Of a stretch of 64,000 nt of DNA, positions 24,369-35,256 are shown in pieces. Below the pieces are notes generated by a model. It searched no databases and was not told where the DNA came from. It was given only the letters and a program-made list of their open reading frames with translations. The translations under genes were made by a program, and so were the position numbers. Origin of the DNA: Schizochytrium sp. TIO01 (lineage: Eukaryota; Protista; Bigyra: Labyrinthulomycetes); contig SMSO01000033.1 in the NCBI GenBank assembly GCA_004764695.1, positions 1,116,001 through 1,180,000 of the forward strand. The letters run 5' to 3'. Numbering within the stretch: the stretch's first letter is position 1; the number at the start of each line of letters is the position of its first letter.

Positions 24369-27300
24369 ATGAGCCATGCTAAGGGGTTTGGATTCAAACC
24401 ACAACCCGTTGCAGATGTCATAGACCTCACAGATGATGATCCACCTGATGATGTTTCAAAACCATCCCAAACTATACTTTCGCAACCACAAAGCTCGAAA
24501 TCAGGATCTACATCTTCATATTTCCAAACATCCCAACAGAAACCAGTAGAGATACAACCATCTGTATCATCCTTTAAGCCAACTCAGGAAAAACGAGCTA
24601 TTGCGCCGTCAACAACATCGTCTACATCAGCAACTTCAAGGGGGTCCACTTCTATTGGTACAACCCAACAAAAGACCTATTCGACTCTGCGCGCTGCTGC
24701 CTTTGCAGATGATGTTGATGCCTTGCTCTCAGATTTGCCTCCTTTAGAAAACAGCCTAAAACCGAAGGGACACTCCATCACTGCCGCTTTCGGGAAATCA
24801 AGCTCGAAAACAACTCAAGGACCTGCCCGCCCTCATCATCATCCAGCTCCACCACCTAAACCAGCTCCACCACCTAAACCAGCTCCACCACCTAAACCAG
24901 CTCCACCACCTAAACCAGCTCCACCACCTAAACCAGCTCCACCACCTAAACCAGCCCCACCACCTAAACCAAGTGTTCCGTCTAAACTAGTTTCTTCGCC
25001 TACTTCGAGGCCTCCGCCTGAAGTGCAACCACCCACGCTGGAAGTTCTCCCACCCAAGAGATTAGCACCATCGACAATGGCCACTCCTCGAGCTCATCCG
25101 CCAATTATCGCACGGCCGAAGTCGCCGATCGAATCTACTTCTGCTCCAACATCTGTCTCGCAAATCCCCTCAGAGTCAACGTCTTCAAATATTCATAAGA
25201 TTAAGGATGTGGAATCTGCCGTGCAACCGCCAGTACCTGCAGGTATCTCTGTCAGCTCCCCAACTACACAATCGTCATCAGTATCAACTGCTGTGCAACC
25301 CAAGGTCCCCAACAGCAAGCCGGCGCCATCGTCACTTTCTCTGAAACAGGAAGTCGCCCGCAAACTCCTGGATAGTCGAAACAAAGCTGCAAAGCAGCCG
25401 CCTGTTGCTGTTGCGTCTAAGCCACGCAGATCGAACCACACCAGACCCGCATCATTGATGCCAATTCTGAATTCGAGTTCATCAGACCAGGATCTTTCGT
25501 CATTCATTACACATCGAGACCCTAGCAAACCCGCATCGAGCTCTAAATCTTCGAAAGGTGGAGAAGACTCGGCATCAACAGACAATGATGCGAAGAAACC
25601 AGGTTTTAAACGGCCCAAAGTTCGCCGTATGCAGAGTACTGGAGATTCGTCACGATGGATGTCTGTCAAGGTACCTGGTTTTCTTGAAACATTCCTGCAA
25701 TGGGATTTTACCTCTATTGATCGTGAGTTCAACTCATCAAAATCTCCGACTTCTTCGTCTTCACAACGCCAGAAGCACTCAAAGCATGCACGCCGTGATA
25801 AAACAGAAGTAGAGGACCCTTTCGCGCGCCCCTCTTCAAGCTCACGTTCATCAAATACAATAGGCTTTGCGGGCTCGACTACTAAAGGGCAAAACAAAAG
25901 GCAAGCTTCTTCATCACCTCCTCGAGATTCTAAGCGTGGGCAAGTAAGTAGCAAGACAAATAGCAATGGGGGGCTGATCAGCGTAAGCACTAGTTCTCTT
26001 CGTGATGTTCCTCTAAAGTTCTATTCTTCACAAGAGTATGCAGAGGTTTTCCTTCCGCTCGTACTAGAGGAAGCCCTCGAAGAAGCACGCACATGTCTCC
26101 GGCGAGGTCGCATTGCAGAGCAGCGCTGTCCATGGAGCGCCGAAATTTTGCCCACCAAAAAACTTCAATATGGCTCATCTGGTTCATCTTCCTCGTCTGC
26201 GACTGCACAATCAAGTACGAATGATGATTTTTTCACTAAGTCAACGTCTTTGAGCTTGAAGCCAGTTATGTTGCGGTTCGCCTTGCAGACCTACAAATGT
26301 CAGTCCAAGGCTGAGGTTGTGCAGCATGAAAAGGAGTTTGCACGTTTGCCAAGGTATGATTTGGCACGCGTGGCTGAGCGAGACTATATGAAGAGTCACG
26401 GAATTCGAAAGTTTGGTATCATGGCGCCGAGCACGATCACACAAGGTGATGTAATTGTTTTCTCCTCGTCAAAGGATTATTACGATAAGAAAGGTGTCCG
26501 TTCTTCAAGCCTTGCACCAACTTCTGCTCTCGGTGTCGTGCATGGTTCTTCGCGGATAAGTTTTACGAGACTGCCACATAACAAAGATCCTACAGGATGC
26601 TCTTACGAGATCGAATGTTTTGTGCCTGTGACCCTTCTGTCTAAGGCAACTCTACCTAGATTTGTCTATGGTTGGCGTGTTTCAAATTGTATCACCTCAT
26701 GGCGCGAGTACGACGCTGTGGCCCAAGTTGTTGGAGTAAACGGGGCTAAATACCCCTTGCTAGAGACCCTTCTAGATGGTAGGGGACAAGGTCTTTTGAA
26801 CCAGAACAGCAGCTCTGGTAGCAACAACAACTGCTTGAATGATGAACCGGAAGATAATATATCCGTGCCTGGTGCAGACGAGAAACTCTTACAATATCTT
26901 AGAGAGTCTTATAATGCCAGTCAGTTTAAGGCTATTCTTAAAGCTGCGGCGAAAACAAGGGGCTTTACACTTATTCAGGGTCCTCCTGGTACCGGTAAAA
27001 CTCATACTTTGCTTGGTATCATGAACCTTTTGCACGTTAGTGTTTTCCAGCGGTTTTATGATAGTCAATTGCTTAGCCCAAACCTTGATGTGGAGGGTAG
27101 TTCCACCCCATCACCTCCTGCTAATAGTAGCAGTAGCAACAATCCGAATACAATGTCCGAAATGGATCGTCTTATGCAGATGCCTCATATCCTTGTCACT
27201 GCTCCATCAAACACTGCTGTGGATGGTATGGTTAGTAAGATTCTTTCAAGTCAGTTTCGAGATGGACACGGCAATCAGTACATGCCTGCGATGGTTCGAA

Positions 27301-28739
27301 TTGGTAAGCTTGGGGAGGGAAGTAAAGAAACTGCGGCTATCACACTTGATGCTCAAGTGGAGGTTCTTGTCAAGCGGCTTAGCTCAAACCCTTTGCAAAC
27401 TTTAAATGAGAAAATCCAGGCTCTCGAAGCACATGAGCGGGTTCTTATGCAGGAAACGATGGAGCTTCGGCATCGTGCTGAGTCTATGGCCAAACAGATC
27501 CGGACATTTAAAACTGCTAGCCTTAAGCACTTGGCGTGGATGGATGAAAAGTCCAAAACGGTTGCCATGGATCAAATTTTGGAGGAACGTCATAATGAAG
27601 CTATTCGCATGGATCAACTGCCTGGAATGGAAAAGCAGTATAAACACTATGCTGCTACTTTTCATCAGAATCGTGAGAAACTACAAGCCTGTAGACTTGA
27701 ACTCACCCGATGCCGCATCATTAACTCTTCCCCTTCGCAGTCTGCCATGCGTGCAAAACTTCGAGACTCAGTTCTCGAGCAATCGCAAATCTTTTTTGTG
27801 ACTTTAAGTTCAAGTGCTTTACGACAGATCCAGGAACTCCGTACGCGGTATCGTTTTGAGGTCGTGGTTGTCGATGAAGCAGCACAAGCCACAGAGCCGA
27901 GCGTCCTCATTCCTTTGCAGCATCATGTTGACCATTGTGTACTGGTCGGTGATCCTAAGCAGCTACCTGCCACAGTAATTTCCGACGCTGCTGCAAATCA
28001 TTTTCTTCAGCAAAGTCTTTTTGAACGACTCCAAAATGCTGGGCACCCTAGTTACCTACTAGATACGCAGTATCGTTGCCACCCTCTCATTTCAGCCTTT
28101 CCTTCTCAAGAGTTCTATGAGGGTCGTTTGAAGGATGGGGAGAATGTCCAGGGTGACCAGAAACCTTATGAGATTCCTGGAGTGTCGCGATTCTCGGTTT
28201 TTATGCCTTTGACATTTCTCAATGTGCCAGGAGGTCGCGAGTCCCGTGGTGAGAACTCATTTAGTAATCAGCAAGAAGCAACCCTTGCTCTGAACTTGTA
28301 TGAGACTCTTCGGTTTGTTCTAAGAAAGGATGGGCTGACAGACGATGTAGGCATTGGTATTATCACACCCTATCGCGAACAATTTGACCTTTTGCGTCAC
28401 AAATTTAAAGACTATCGTAAGGACCCACTCCTGCAACTGAACACCGTGGATGGTTTCCAAGGACGGGAATTTGATGTCATTATTCTATCTTGTGTCCGAG
28501 CGGGTGAAATTAACCCCTATTCATACAACGGACGCTCAAAACGCCCGAGTATTGGTTTTGTAAAGGATGCTCGTCGCCTCAATGTGGCCGTAACCCGTGC
28601 AAAGTATGTGTTGATTGTGATAGGCCAAGAACACTCCCTGCGCTCTTCGACTTTATGGTCTCGCTTTCTTGATCATGTTCATACGACTGGATCGTATCGT
28701 AATGTGACAGATGTCCATGAAGATTTACTTCACTTGTAG
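24369..28739 (+). CDS. Sen1/senataxin-like superfamily 1 RNA/DNA helicase
   Basis: 1456 aa with YNASQFKAI (Q motif), LIQGPPGTGKT (Walker A), ILVTAPSNTAVD, VVVDEAAQATEPSVLIPL, LVGDPKQLPATV, SLFERL, LDTQYRCHPLI, GIITPYREQ, TVDGFQGREFDVIILSCVRA and RRLNVAVTRAK. Confidence 0.93.
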   Translation: MSHAKGFGFKPQPVADVIDLTDDDPPDDVSKPSQTILSQPQSSKSGSTSSYFQTSQQKPVEIQPSVSSFKPTQEKRAIAPSTTSSTSATSRGSTSIGTTQQKTYSTLRAAAFADDVDALLSDLPPLENSLKPKGHSITAAFGKSSSKTTQGPARPHHHPAPPPKPAPPPKPAPPPKPAPPPKPAPPPKPAPPPKPAPPPKPSVPSKLVSSPTSRPPPEVQPPTLEVLPPKRLAPSTMATPRAHPPIIARPKSPIESTSAPTSVSQIPSESTSSNIHKIKDVESAVQPPVPAGISVSSPTTQSSSVSTAVQPKVPNSKPAPSSLSLKQEVARKLLDSRNKAAKQPPVAVASKPRRSNHTRPASLMPILNSSSSDQDLSSFITHRDPSKPASSSKSSKGGEDSASTDNDAKKPGFKRPKVRRMQSTGDSSRWMSVKVPGFLETFLQWDFTSIDREFNSSKSPTSSSSQRQKHSKHARRDKTEVEDPFARPSSSSRSSNTIGFAGSTTKGQNKRQASSSPPRDSKRGQVSSKTNSNGGLISVSTSSLRDVPLKFYSSQEYAEVFLPLVLEEALEEARTCLRRGRIAEQRCPWSAEILPTKKLQYGSSGSSSSSATAQSSTNDDFFTKSTSLSLKPVMLRFALQTYKCQSKAEVVQHEKEFARLPRYDLARVAERDYMKSHGIRKFGIMAPSTITQGDVIVFSSSKDYYDKKGVRSSSLAPTSALGVVHGSSRISFTRLPHNKDPTGCSYEIECFVPVTLLSKATLPRFVYGWRVSNCITSWREYDAVAQVVGVNGAKYPLLETLLDGRGQGLLNQNSSSGSNNNCLNDEPEDNISVPGADEKLLQYLRESYNASQFKAILKAAAKTRGFTLIQGPPGTGKTHTLLGIMNLLHVSVFQRFYDSQLLSPNLDVEGSSTPSPPANSSSSNNPNTMSEMDRLMQMPHILVTAPSNTAVDGMVSKILSSQFRDGHGNQYMPAMVRIGKLGEGSKETAAITLDAQVEVLVKRLSSNPLQTLNEKIQALEAHERVLMQETMELRHRAESMAKQIRTFKTASLKHLAWMDEKSKTVAMDQILEERHNEAIRMDQLPGMEKQYKHYAATFHQNREKLQACRLELTRCRIINSSPSQSAMRAKLRDSVLEQSQIFFVTLSSSALRQIQELRTRYRFEVVVVDEAAQATEPSVLIPLQHHVDHCVLVGDPKQLPATVISDAAANHFLQQSLFERLQNAGHPSYLLDTQYRCHPLISAFPSQEFYEGRLKDGENVQGDQKPYEIPGVSRFSVFMPLTFLNVPGGRESRGENSFSNQQEATLALNLYETLRFVLRKDGLTDDVGIGIITPYREQFDLLRHKFKDYRKDPLLQLNTVDGFQGREFDVIILSCVRAGEINPYSYNGRSKRPSIGFVKDARRLNVAVTRAKYVLIVIGQEHSLRSSTLWSRFLDHVHTTGSYRNVTDVHEDLLHL
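24843..24968 (+). repeat. Coding minisatellite, 18-bp unit CCAGCTCCACCACCTAAA x7, encoding (PAPPPK)7
   Basis: Six identical units plus one with a synonymous change, inside the helicase N-terminus. Confidence 0.95.
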
Positions 28740-29407
28740 AGACCCCGAGAGTACACTAGATAGACAATTTCAAATACTTTTTAAATTTTCTTCCTTTCCT
28801 ACAATTTATGACTCGGCAGCGAGTGCTAAATATCTACTTCCATTCAGGGTAGCTTGGCACGCTGCAGGTGAGACCCCTTTGCATCACTATAAGTTTTGTC
28901 ATTTGTATGAAGACACAGGGAAAATATGGTATGGAACTATTCGCGTACTCTGTAAGCATATTTTAATTTTAACATAGCATGACTGTAGACTTACTTATAA
29001 CCAGCTTTCTATAAGTCATATTAATTACTAACAAATTCACCTGAGGTAGCAAGTTGTGATGGTATACTAGCAGAGTTCATTCTGACTTTATTTTCTGCTT
29101 AACATGAAAGGTCATTAAAGAAAAATGTTATCATAGAATATAGAAAATTTTTAGCTTGTTTATTAAGATAAAAACCATGTATACTAGGGTGAATTATAAG
29201 ACAGCTCCTTGAAAGCTATCTCTGTTAGTCAGAAATTAAGTCATTCGGTCCATCATAGTACTAATCTAGTATGCGAAGAAATGCGGACAAGGAAAGTAAG
29301 TGCAAACAATCGCCTACTTTCCGTCACCAACATAAGACGTAGCCCTTCAACCACGTGTAAATTGTTTAAGATCTTGCGATACAATAAGTGGGCATTTAGA
29401 ACCCAGC

Positions 29408-32400
29408 TTAGTATTTATCACGCCGCATGCGACCAACCATACGGCTTACGAGACCCCGGCTACCATCGGCAGCACCTTCAACTTTGTGTTTGGAATTTGC
29501 AAGCAAGGAAGCAAAGGATTTGCTGCTATTCCCATGAGCATGGGCGTTGTTGGCATGACTAGGCGACTCCCAATCTTTGAAGTTGGTGTGGTGGTGATAA
29601 GGACGGTCGGCACGGGCCTGGTTTGTGGAACGTTGGTTCTCCTGCTCACGAGTTTCCTCTCGAGTATTCAAACTCCTGGCACTCTTTTTCTCACGAGCAA
29701 GATTTGTCTCCTCAGCAGAACTACGGCGACGTTCTTTAGGAGGATTTGAGGAAGATTTAGCAGAAGTCCATGTATCATCGAAAGATAGTACAGGTCCAGC
29801 AGGGCGAAGACCGCTTGAAGCGGTAGTCTTGTAAGGAGTCGAGGTAGTAGAAGCAGGGGAACTTACAGAATTTTCATCCGAGCTTCCTGTCTTCTGACGT
29901 CTGGCTCTAAGGGGAAGTAGAGGCGAAGGGATGTGCTTGAAGCGGTTCGATTTGGAAGCCGCCGATGTAGGTGTAGTATGGCCATCGTACGCCGGGGCTA
30001 CTTGCTTGGCAGCTTGGAGTTGCTCCCTTAGTTGTTCAAGCTCGGTACGAAGGGTGTCAATCTGACGCTCCGCATCAGCTTCACCAACCTGGGCGTCCTT
30101 GGCAAGCTGAGTCGCAGACTCAAGTTGCTTGATAGTTTTCTCGTGCAGTGCACGCTCCTCTGTAAGTTCTTCCTTGTAACGTTTGATGGCATCAAGTTGA
30201 TCGACAACGATGCGGTCAAGACGCTCGAAAGATTTTCGGTGAGACTCTAAGCTCTTACGGCGTGCTCCAGCCACTGCAGCTGCCTCTGCGGCAGGTTTAC
30301 TATTGTCAATATCGGCGTTAGGACTATCTTTTGCAAGCAAAAGCTCCTTAAGCTGTTCAATTTCCCGACTCTGCAGTTGCAGTTCCGCAGAGTGAAGCTT
30401 GCGCATCCTCTCCATTTCCTCTTCGCATTCATTGATGTTTTGAACTAGTGCCTCGATATCACCCAAGCTGTACACGTTGCTCTTCCCTCCCTCCATCATA
30501 CGATTGCGGAGGTTCTTAAGAAGCATCTCAGATTTGTTATCACTGATTTGCTTGGCAGCATCAACGCGGCTGCGGAAAACAGCTTCCATCTCCTCCAAGC
30601 GCTGTGCCATCTCTTGAGCAACTTCCTCACGAATTTCAGTTTCCATCGTAACGCATTTGAGACGTGCATCTGCTAGCTCATGAATGAGTGCGTGGACAAC
30701 AGGGTGTTCCTCTAAGGAGACATTCATGGCCATGTCATCATCAGTATCATAATATTCGTCGGGATATGGAATGGCCTGGCGCTGCTCTTTGCGAGAGCCA
30801 GTTCGTCTGTGACCTGGCGTGCCATTGTTGTTGTGGTTGCTTGGAGTCATCATTGCGTTTGCGCCACGCTGGTTACCACGAATGCGCCTTCCATCAATAT
30901 CATACTGGGCACCACCGCTTTTGCGACGTGTGAATGCCTTGCGAGCAACCTTTACATTTTTTACAAGTGCGCCGTACTTCAGCGCATGTGCTGTTTCATC
31001 GTAATCTTCTGGCCTGGCGCTGGCATTGACAATCATTGCGACTCCTCCGCAATTAGATCCAACGAAGCAATCCCTGAAAAGGAGGGTCAGCTTACTCTCA
31101 CGAAATGGAACCATTTTCTCCCGCTTGTTTAAACGCTTCTGTTTTTGATTCAAACGCAAGGTGTCGAGGCATCGCATAAGGTTCATCAAGGAACAGTTAA
31201 TGTTGGATGCCTCGCGCTGTCTTGCTCGAGAGGAGTTTGTACGCTTACCTCGCTCGGATCCGGCAAGATCAACAATGTAAAGTCGAGCGGGCTTGCTACT
31301 TCTAGCTGCTCGGCCCTTCTGCTCGACAGTCACGACGAAGACCGAATGGCTACGGCTAGATTGCAAGTTGCATTCTGTTTCATGTGTTTCCCGTGCTTCA
31401 CGACCTCGAATAAGAATGTCAAGACCTTCTGCGCAAGAGTAGATTGGCGTGGACTTGAGACCTTCCACCTCGACACCTTCGTCACGAAGCTTGATCTTCA
31501 GACGCTCCTTTGCAAGATAGTGGGCTTTGGCAGGTGCTTGCAGATCATGTACTTGCTCATTGTAGATTTGCAGATAAGACACCTCGACCTTTGGAAGGTA
31601 TTCCTCTGGATCATCAAAACCGTAAAGTTGCACCTTCTTCTCAAGCTGATCAAAAACTGATTGAAGTGTTCGTGGGATGATACCTGGGTTCTCCTCGCAG
31701 CCCTCCACAGTGTATGTTTTACCTGCATTAGTCACACCATATGCAAAGAGGAGGCCGTCTTTGCCTTCTTCAATAAGTGTTTCTACGAGGGGTAACGTTG
31801 TGGCTTCAAAGAGTTCTGATTGAGTGGTAGGCTTATCGAAGATCCGTGTGAATTTATATTTGCCACCAGTCTCGCGATTCTTGAAGGATTGACTTTCTTC
31901 AGGTGCAACAGTATCTACGGTCATTTCATCTACAACTTGCAGTGTGTCATCCTCAGCACGAGTAAAAATTAACTCGGAGCGTTCATCGGAACGGTGTTCG
32001 TGAGGGCGAAGTCTTAAATAAACCTTGACCATGTCACCATCAACCACATCGTCGGTTTCAGGATACGCCTGATTGAATTTAGGAGGGGGTGTGTACGGGA
32101 GCTCATCGCGATACATGGTGTCAGATTCCGAGCCTGAAGCAGAGCGTGGCTCACGCTCCGGAGTTGCAGGATTGATCATTGCTGCCTTTGAAGCTTGATG
32201 CAAGTTTTCTCCAGTTGACACAGTCTTTGACTTTGTTGGTTTGTTGTTGTTGCTGTTGTTTTCACCGCTGCTACTGCCGTCAGAGCTACTTTTTCGGCTC
32301 CCTGAGCTTGTGGACGCGCTACTGCTGCAGGTCCCTGAGTTGGTGTCAGAGCTGAGGCTGCTTGATGCAGAAGAAGCTGTTCCTGGTCTCTTTCGCGAAG

Positions 32401-32779
32401 TTTGCGGCTTGTTTAATTGCGGACGACCTTGGTGTGCTGATTTTCCAGGGTAGGTTGCGTGTTGCAAATTCCTGCTTCTTGGTGTCTGCGAGCTTGGAAT
32501 ACGATTTCCACTCGAGACAGAACTCGTGTGAAACTTCGACGCGGATTTCGCTCTGGAGATTGACGTGGGCGGCTTGGATGCCGTCGCAGGTCTCACAGCT
32601 GAAGAGCCCTCAACGCCTCCACAGGGCTGTGAAAAAGTGGTCTCGAGATTATCTTTCGAGCTCCCAGCCTGCGGTGCAAAGTCTCTCCCGGTGGCCGCTA
32701 GCGATGGAGGCGCCTCGAGATCCAAGGCTCCTCCGTGCCTGTGCTGCTGCTGCGCGAAACTCCGAGTTTGCTGCGCCAT
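29408..32779 (-). CDS. Kinesin motor protein, kinesin-6 (KIF20/KIF23/MKLP)-like
   Basis: VKVYLRLRP, GLLFAYGVTNAGKTYT (P-loop variant typical of kinesin-6), VSYLQIYNEQVHDL, NLQSSRSHSVF, IVDLAGSER, VPFRESKLT and the stalk motif METEIREEVAQEM. First ATG at 32779. Confidence 0.92.
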   Translation of the reverse strand: MAQQTRSFAQQQHRHGGALDLEAPPSLAATGRDFAPQAGSSKDNLETTFSQPCGGVEGSSAVRPATASKPPTSISRAKSASKFHTSSVSSGNRIPSSQTPRSRNLQHATYPGKSAHQGRPQLNKPQTSRKRPGTASSASSSLSSDTNSGTCSSSASTSSGSRKSSSDGSSSGENNSNNNKPTKSKTVSTGENLHQASKAAMINPATPEREPRSASGSESDTMYRDELPYTPPPKFNQAYPETDDVVDGDMVKVYLRLRPHEHRSDERSELIFTRAEDDTLQVVDEMTVDTVAPEESQSFKNRETGGKYKFTRIFDKPTTQSELFEATTLPLVETLIEEGKDGLLFAYGVTNAGKTYTVEGCEENPGIIPRTLQSVFDQLEKKVQLYGFDDPEEYLPKVEVSYLQIYNEQVHDLQAPAKAHYLAKERLKIKLRDEGVEVEGLKSTPIYSCAEGLDILIRGREARETHETECNLQSSRSHSVFVVTVEQKGRAARSSKPARLYIVDLAGSERGKRTNSSRARQREASNINCSLMNLMRCLDTLRLNQKQKRLNKREKMVPFRESKLTLLFRDCFVGSNCGGVAMIVNASARPEDYDETAHALKYGALVKNVKVARKAFTRRKSGGAQYDIDGRRIRGNQRGANAMMTPSNHNNNGTPGHRRTGSRKEQRQAIPYPDEYYDTDDDMAMNVSLEEHPVVHALIHELADARLKCVTMETEIREEVAQEMAQRLEEMEAVFRSRVDAAKQISDNKSEMLLKNLRNRMMEGGKSNVYSLGDIEALVQNINECEEEMERMRKLHSAELQLQSREIEQLKELLLAKDSPNADIDNSKPAAEAAAVAGARRKSLESHRKSFERLDRIVVDQLDAIKRYKEELTEERALHEKTIKQLESATQLAKDAQVGEADAERQIDTLRTELEQLREQLQAAKQVAPAYDGHTTPTSAASKSNRFKHIPSPLLPLRARRQKTGSSDENSVSSPASTTSTPYKTTASSGLRPAGPVLSFDDTWTSAKSSSNPPKERRRSSAEETNLAREKKSARSLNTREETREQENQRSTNQARADRPYHHHTNFKDWESPSHANNAHAHGNSSKSFASLLANSKHKVEGAADGSRGLVSRMVGRMRRDKY

Positions 32780-35256
32780 GCCGACACTCGTGGGCCGAGC
32801 AGAATTCTTGTAGGCCCGAAACCGTCTCCAGCGCACACCAACCGAGCGAGAACACTGTCTGTGACTGCTTTCCTTGTCTAAGCGCCGCTTTTGATTGTTG
32901 GTATTGGCCCAGTGGAACTATGGATGCACTATTTGAGGTGTTGGAGTGCTCAATTTGTAAAGTTAACGCTGTAATGAAAACTATGGAGAATGAAAACAAA
33001 AACAAAAACAAAAATACGAAAGGGAAGGGGCGCAGTTGAATTCGCACAGCCAGTGTCGCGAAACGATTTTACACGATGAAACCAAAATCAGCTTTGAGTT
33101 CTTTCCTTGTTGTTGATCGACAAGCCCTCAGGATTGGTTGGGTATTCCGCAATGAGTGAAGAGCGCGAAAGCGGTTTGAGAGATTTTAGGTCGTGACGGA
33201 TAGAAGTCGAACCAGCTTTCAGTTCATGACACAGTCCTTGAATATACTACTCTGCTTCTCTCGCTTCGGCTGCTACCTTGACACTTGCAAGAGTCTAGAA
33301 GATGAGCTAGGCGCCTTTTGATTGGATGTTATTGAATGTTTGCTCAAGATGGTTGAATAATACGCGTAAAAGGTTATATATTTACAGAAGAATTTACGCA
33401 GATGGGTTTTTGTTGAGGATGAGAGTCGGGTCGCTGCAAGCTCGGGAAATGTAGCGGTGCGAGAGTCGGCGCTTTTGACGAGATCGGCGGGGGTTTCTTT
33501 GATTTATTCTTTCTCCTGAGAACGAGCAGAGGTTTCATCTCCTTCGTAGGAACTTAGCTCCATCGTTACATTTTTTTAATTTTTTTTACTACTTCTATTC
33601 CTACAAATAACATCACAGTCACGACCCAAACATGTGAATAAAAGGAATGGCAGGCGAGCTTGTAGATACACCACTGCCTTAATAAACCACCATGTGGGTA
33701 TGCTGCTAGCTCATCTCCTTTGTTTTGCATCAAGCTATTGCTTGCTATTCCTATGTCTCAGTAAACAATCCATTCAATGACTTCTTTCTCTTTACGGGTT
33801 AAAAGAAATTCTTCAACTTGAAAATGAAGGCTCGCTTTACTTACAGCTATCTATATATCTGCAGGCTTTACATTGTTGAAGCGAGGGCTCGTCGCCTCTA
33901 GTGGTTTCCTGAGAACGTCCAGGGGTTTCGTCATTTGTGAGCCTGCAGCTTGTTGGTTACCCATCTTCCTCTCGTACTAAAGGGCTTCATTCTAAAGAAA
34001 GCAAGTGTGGCGCAAACTTTGCAGAGAACCGTTTCTTCTTTGCAGAACCCATTTTGCTGGTTCGAATTTCTTTCTCTAAAAAACAGAATCAGGGCTCCTT
34101 CTTCTCGGAAAGGCGACTTAGGCTCTCGGCCTCCGCTCATTATGGGTCGGATGGAACTTTTGTTACGCAGACAGGACTTTAAGTTTGATGAGAGACTGAT
34201 GATCAGTGAAGGTGAACGCATAGTATTGGACAGCTTGTCTGCTCGGAGTTGGCGCGATGATGCCAATGGGGTAGAGATTTTCTTTATCGATAATGAAAAA
34301 GTGGAATGGCTTCTTTACCTCTGAGTAGGTGGTAGGTACCAACGAGTACCGATTAGTTGTTTTCTGACAATAGTAGTTCTTTCACATCTTCGACATTCGC
34401 ATGTAGTATGTCGTCTCTGTGCTTTTAAAATAAAATGTAATAATGAATTGCTTTGGCTTCAGTTTTCGCTCAAGCTAATAAATCTGATGCGAACTGATGA
34501 TTTTTGCAGTACATGTACTGTTGCGATAATCGTTCTCTAAATTTCATTGTTAACTGAGCTCTCATTGCGCGATTTCAAGGCACTATCGCGTCATATGTCA
34601 TCGTGCATAATCATCAAATGCATGATCGGCCACCACCGTCGATCGCTACTCCGTTGCTTAGTTTATGGCATCAACGAATTGAGTTTGGTGTTACTGCTTT
34701 TCAAAAAAAGGTTATATTTTGATTTTATTCTATTAATATAATATAAGAGGAGATTGTGAAAATAAAAATAAAAAATCACACAAAAAACAGAAAAAACCAC
34801 GAATGTTGCTGACGCTCGTGCTGTGTATCGGTATGTTTCTGAAACAACTAAGTTCTAGTATGCTTGCTGTCCCCTGCAACTCGGTGCTGTTCGAGGTAAC
34901 TGCATGATTCAGTTAACAGCTAATTCCTCTATCCAGACAAGTTTTGGTGCCTATCATGAAACTACCGATAACAAGTGTGGAAATTGCTGTATCCTCATGC
35001 TGAAATTGAATAGGGCGGGAAAATGGCCCCAGGGCAAATAGGTTGCTGAAGCATCAACTAGTACTGAAAGCCAACGAGTTGTACAAGATAATAACCAGAA
35101 AGACATTCACGTTTTTAAATCTTTCTTTTCTTCTTCTTTGTTAAAAAAAGGGGAGAGAAATAAAAAAACACTCTGCGCCGGACAGTAAATATACGAGAGC
35201 ATGCATTTTTCTCAGAAATGTGAACAAGTACGATGACCATCATATCCACCATCATA

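Noticed and set aside
24839-25990. Antisense ORFs (GGGAGL repeat; 265 aa)
   Set aside because: Shadow frames of the helicase's repeat and low-complexity N-terminus.
33125-33330. ATTGG (CCAAT-box) sites upstream of the kinesin gene
   Set aside because: A 5-mer occurs by chance at this density; no TSS evidence.
33931-34324. Overlapping 81-124 aa ORFs between the kinesin and Vps39 genes
   Set aside because: Non-ATG or weak starts, mutually overlapping, and no motifs.
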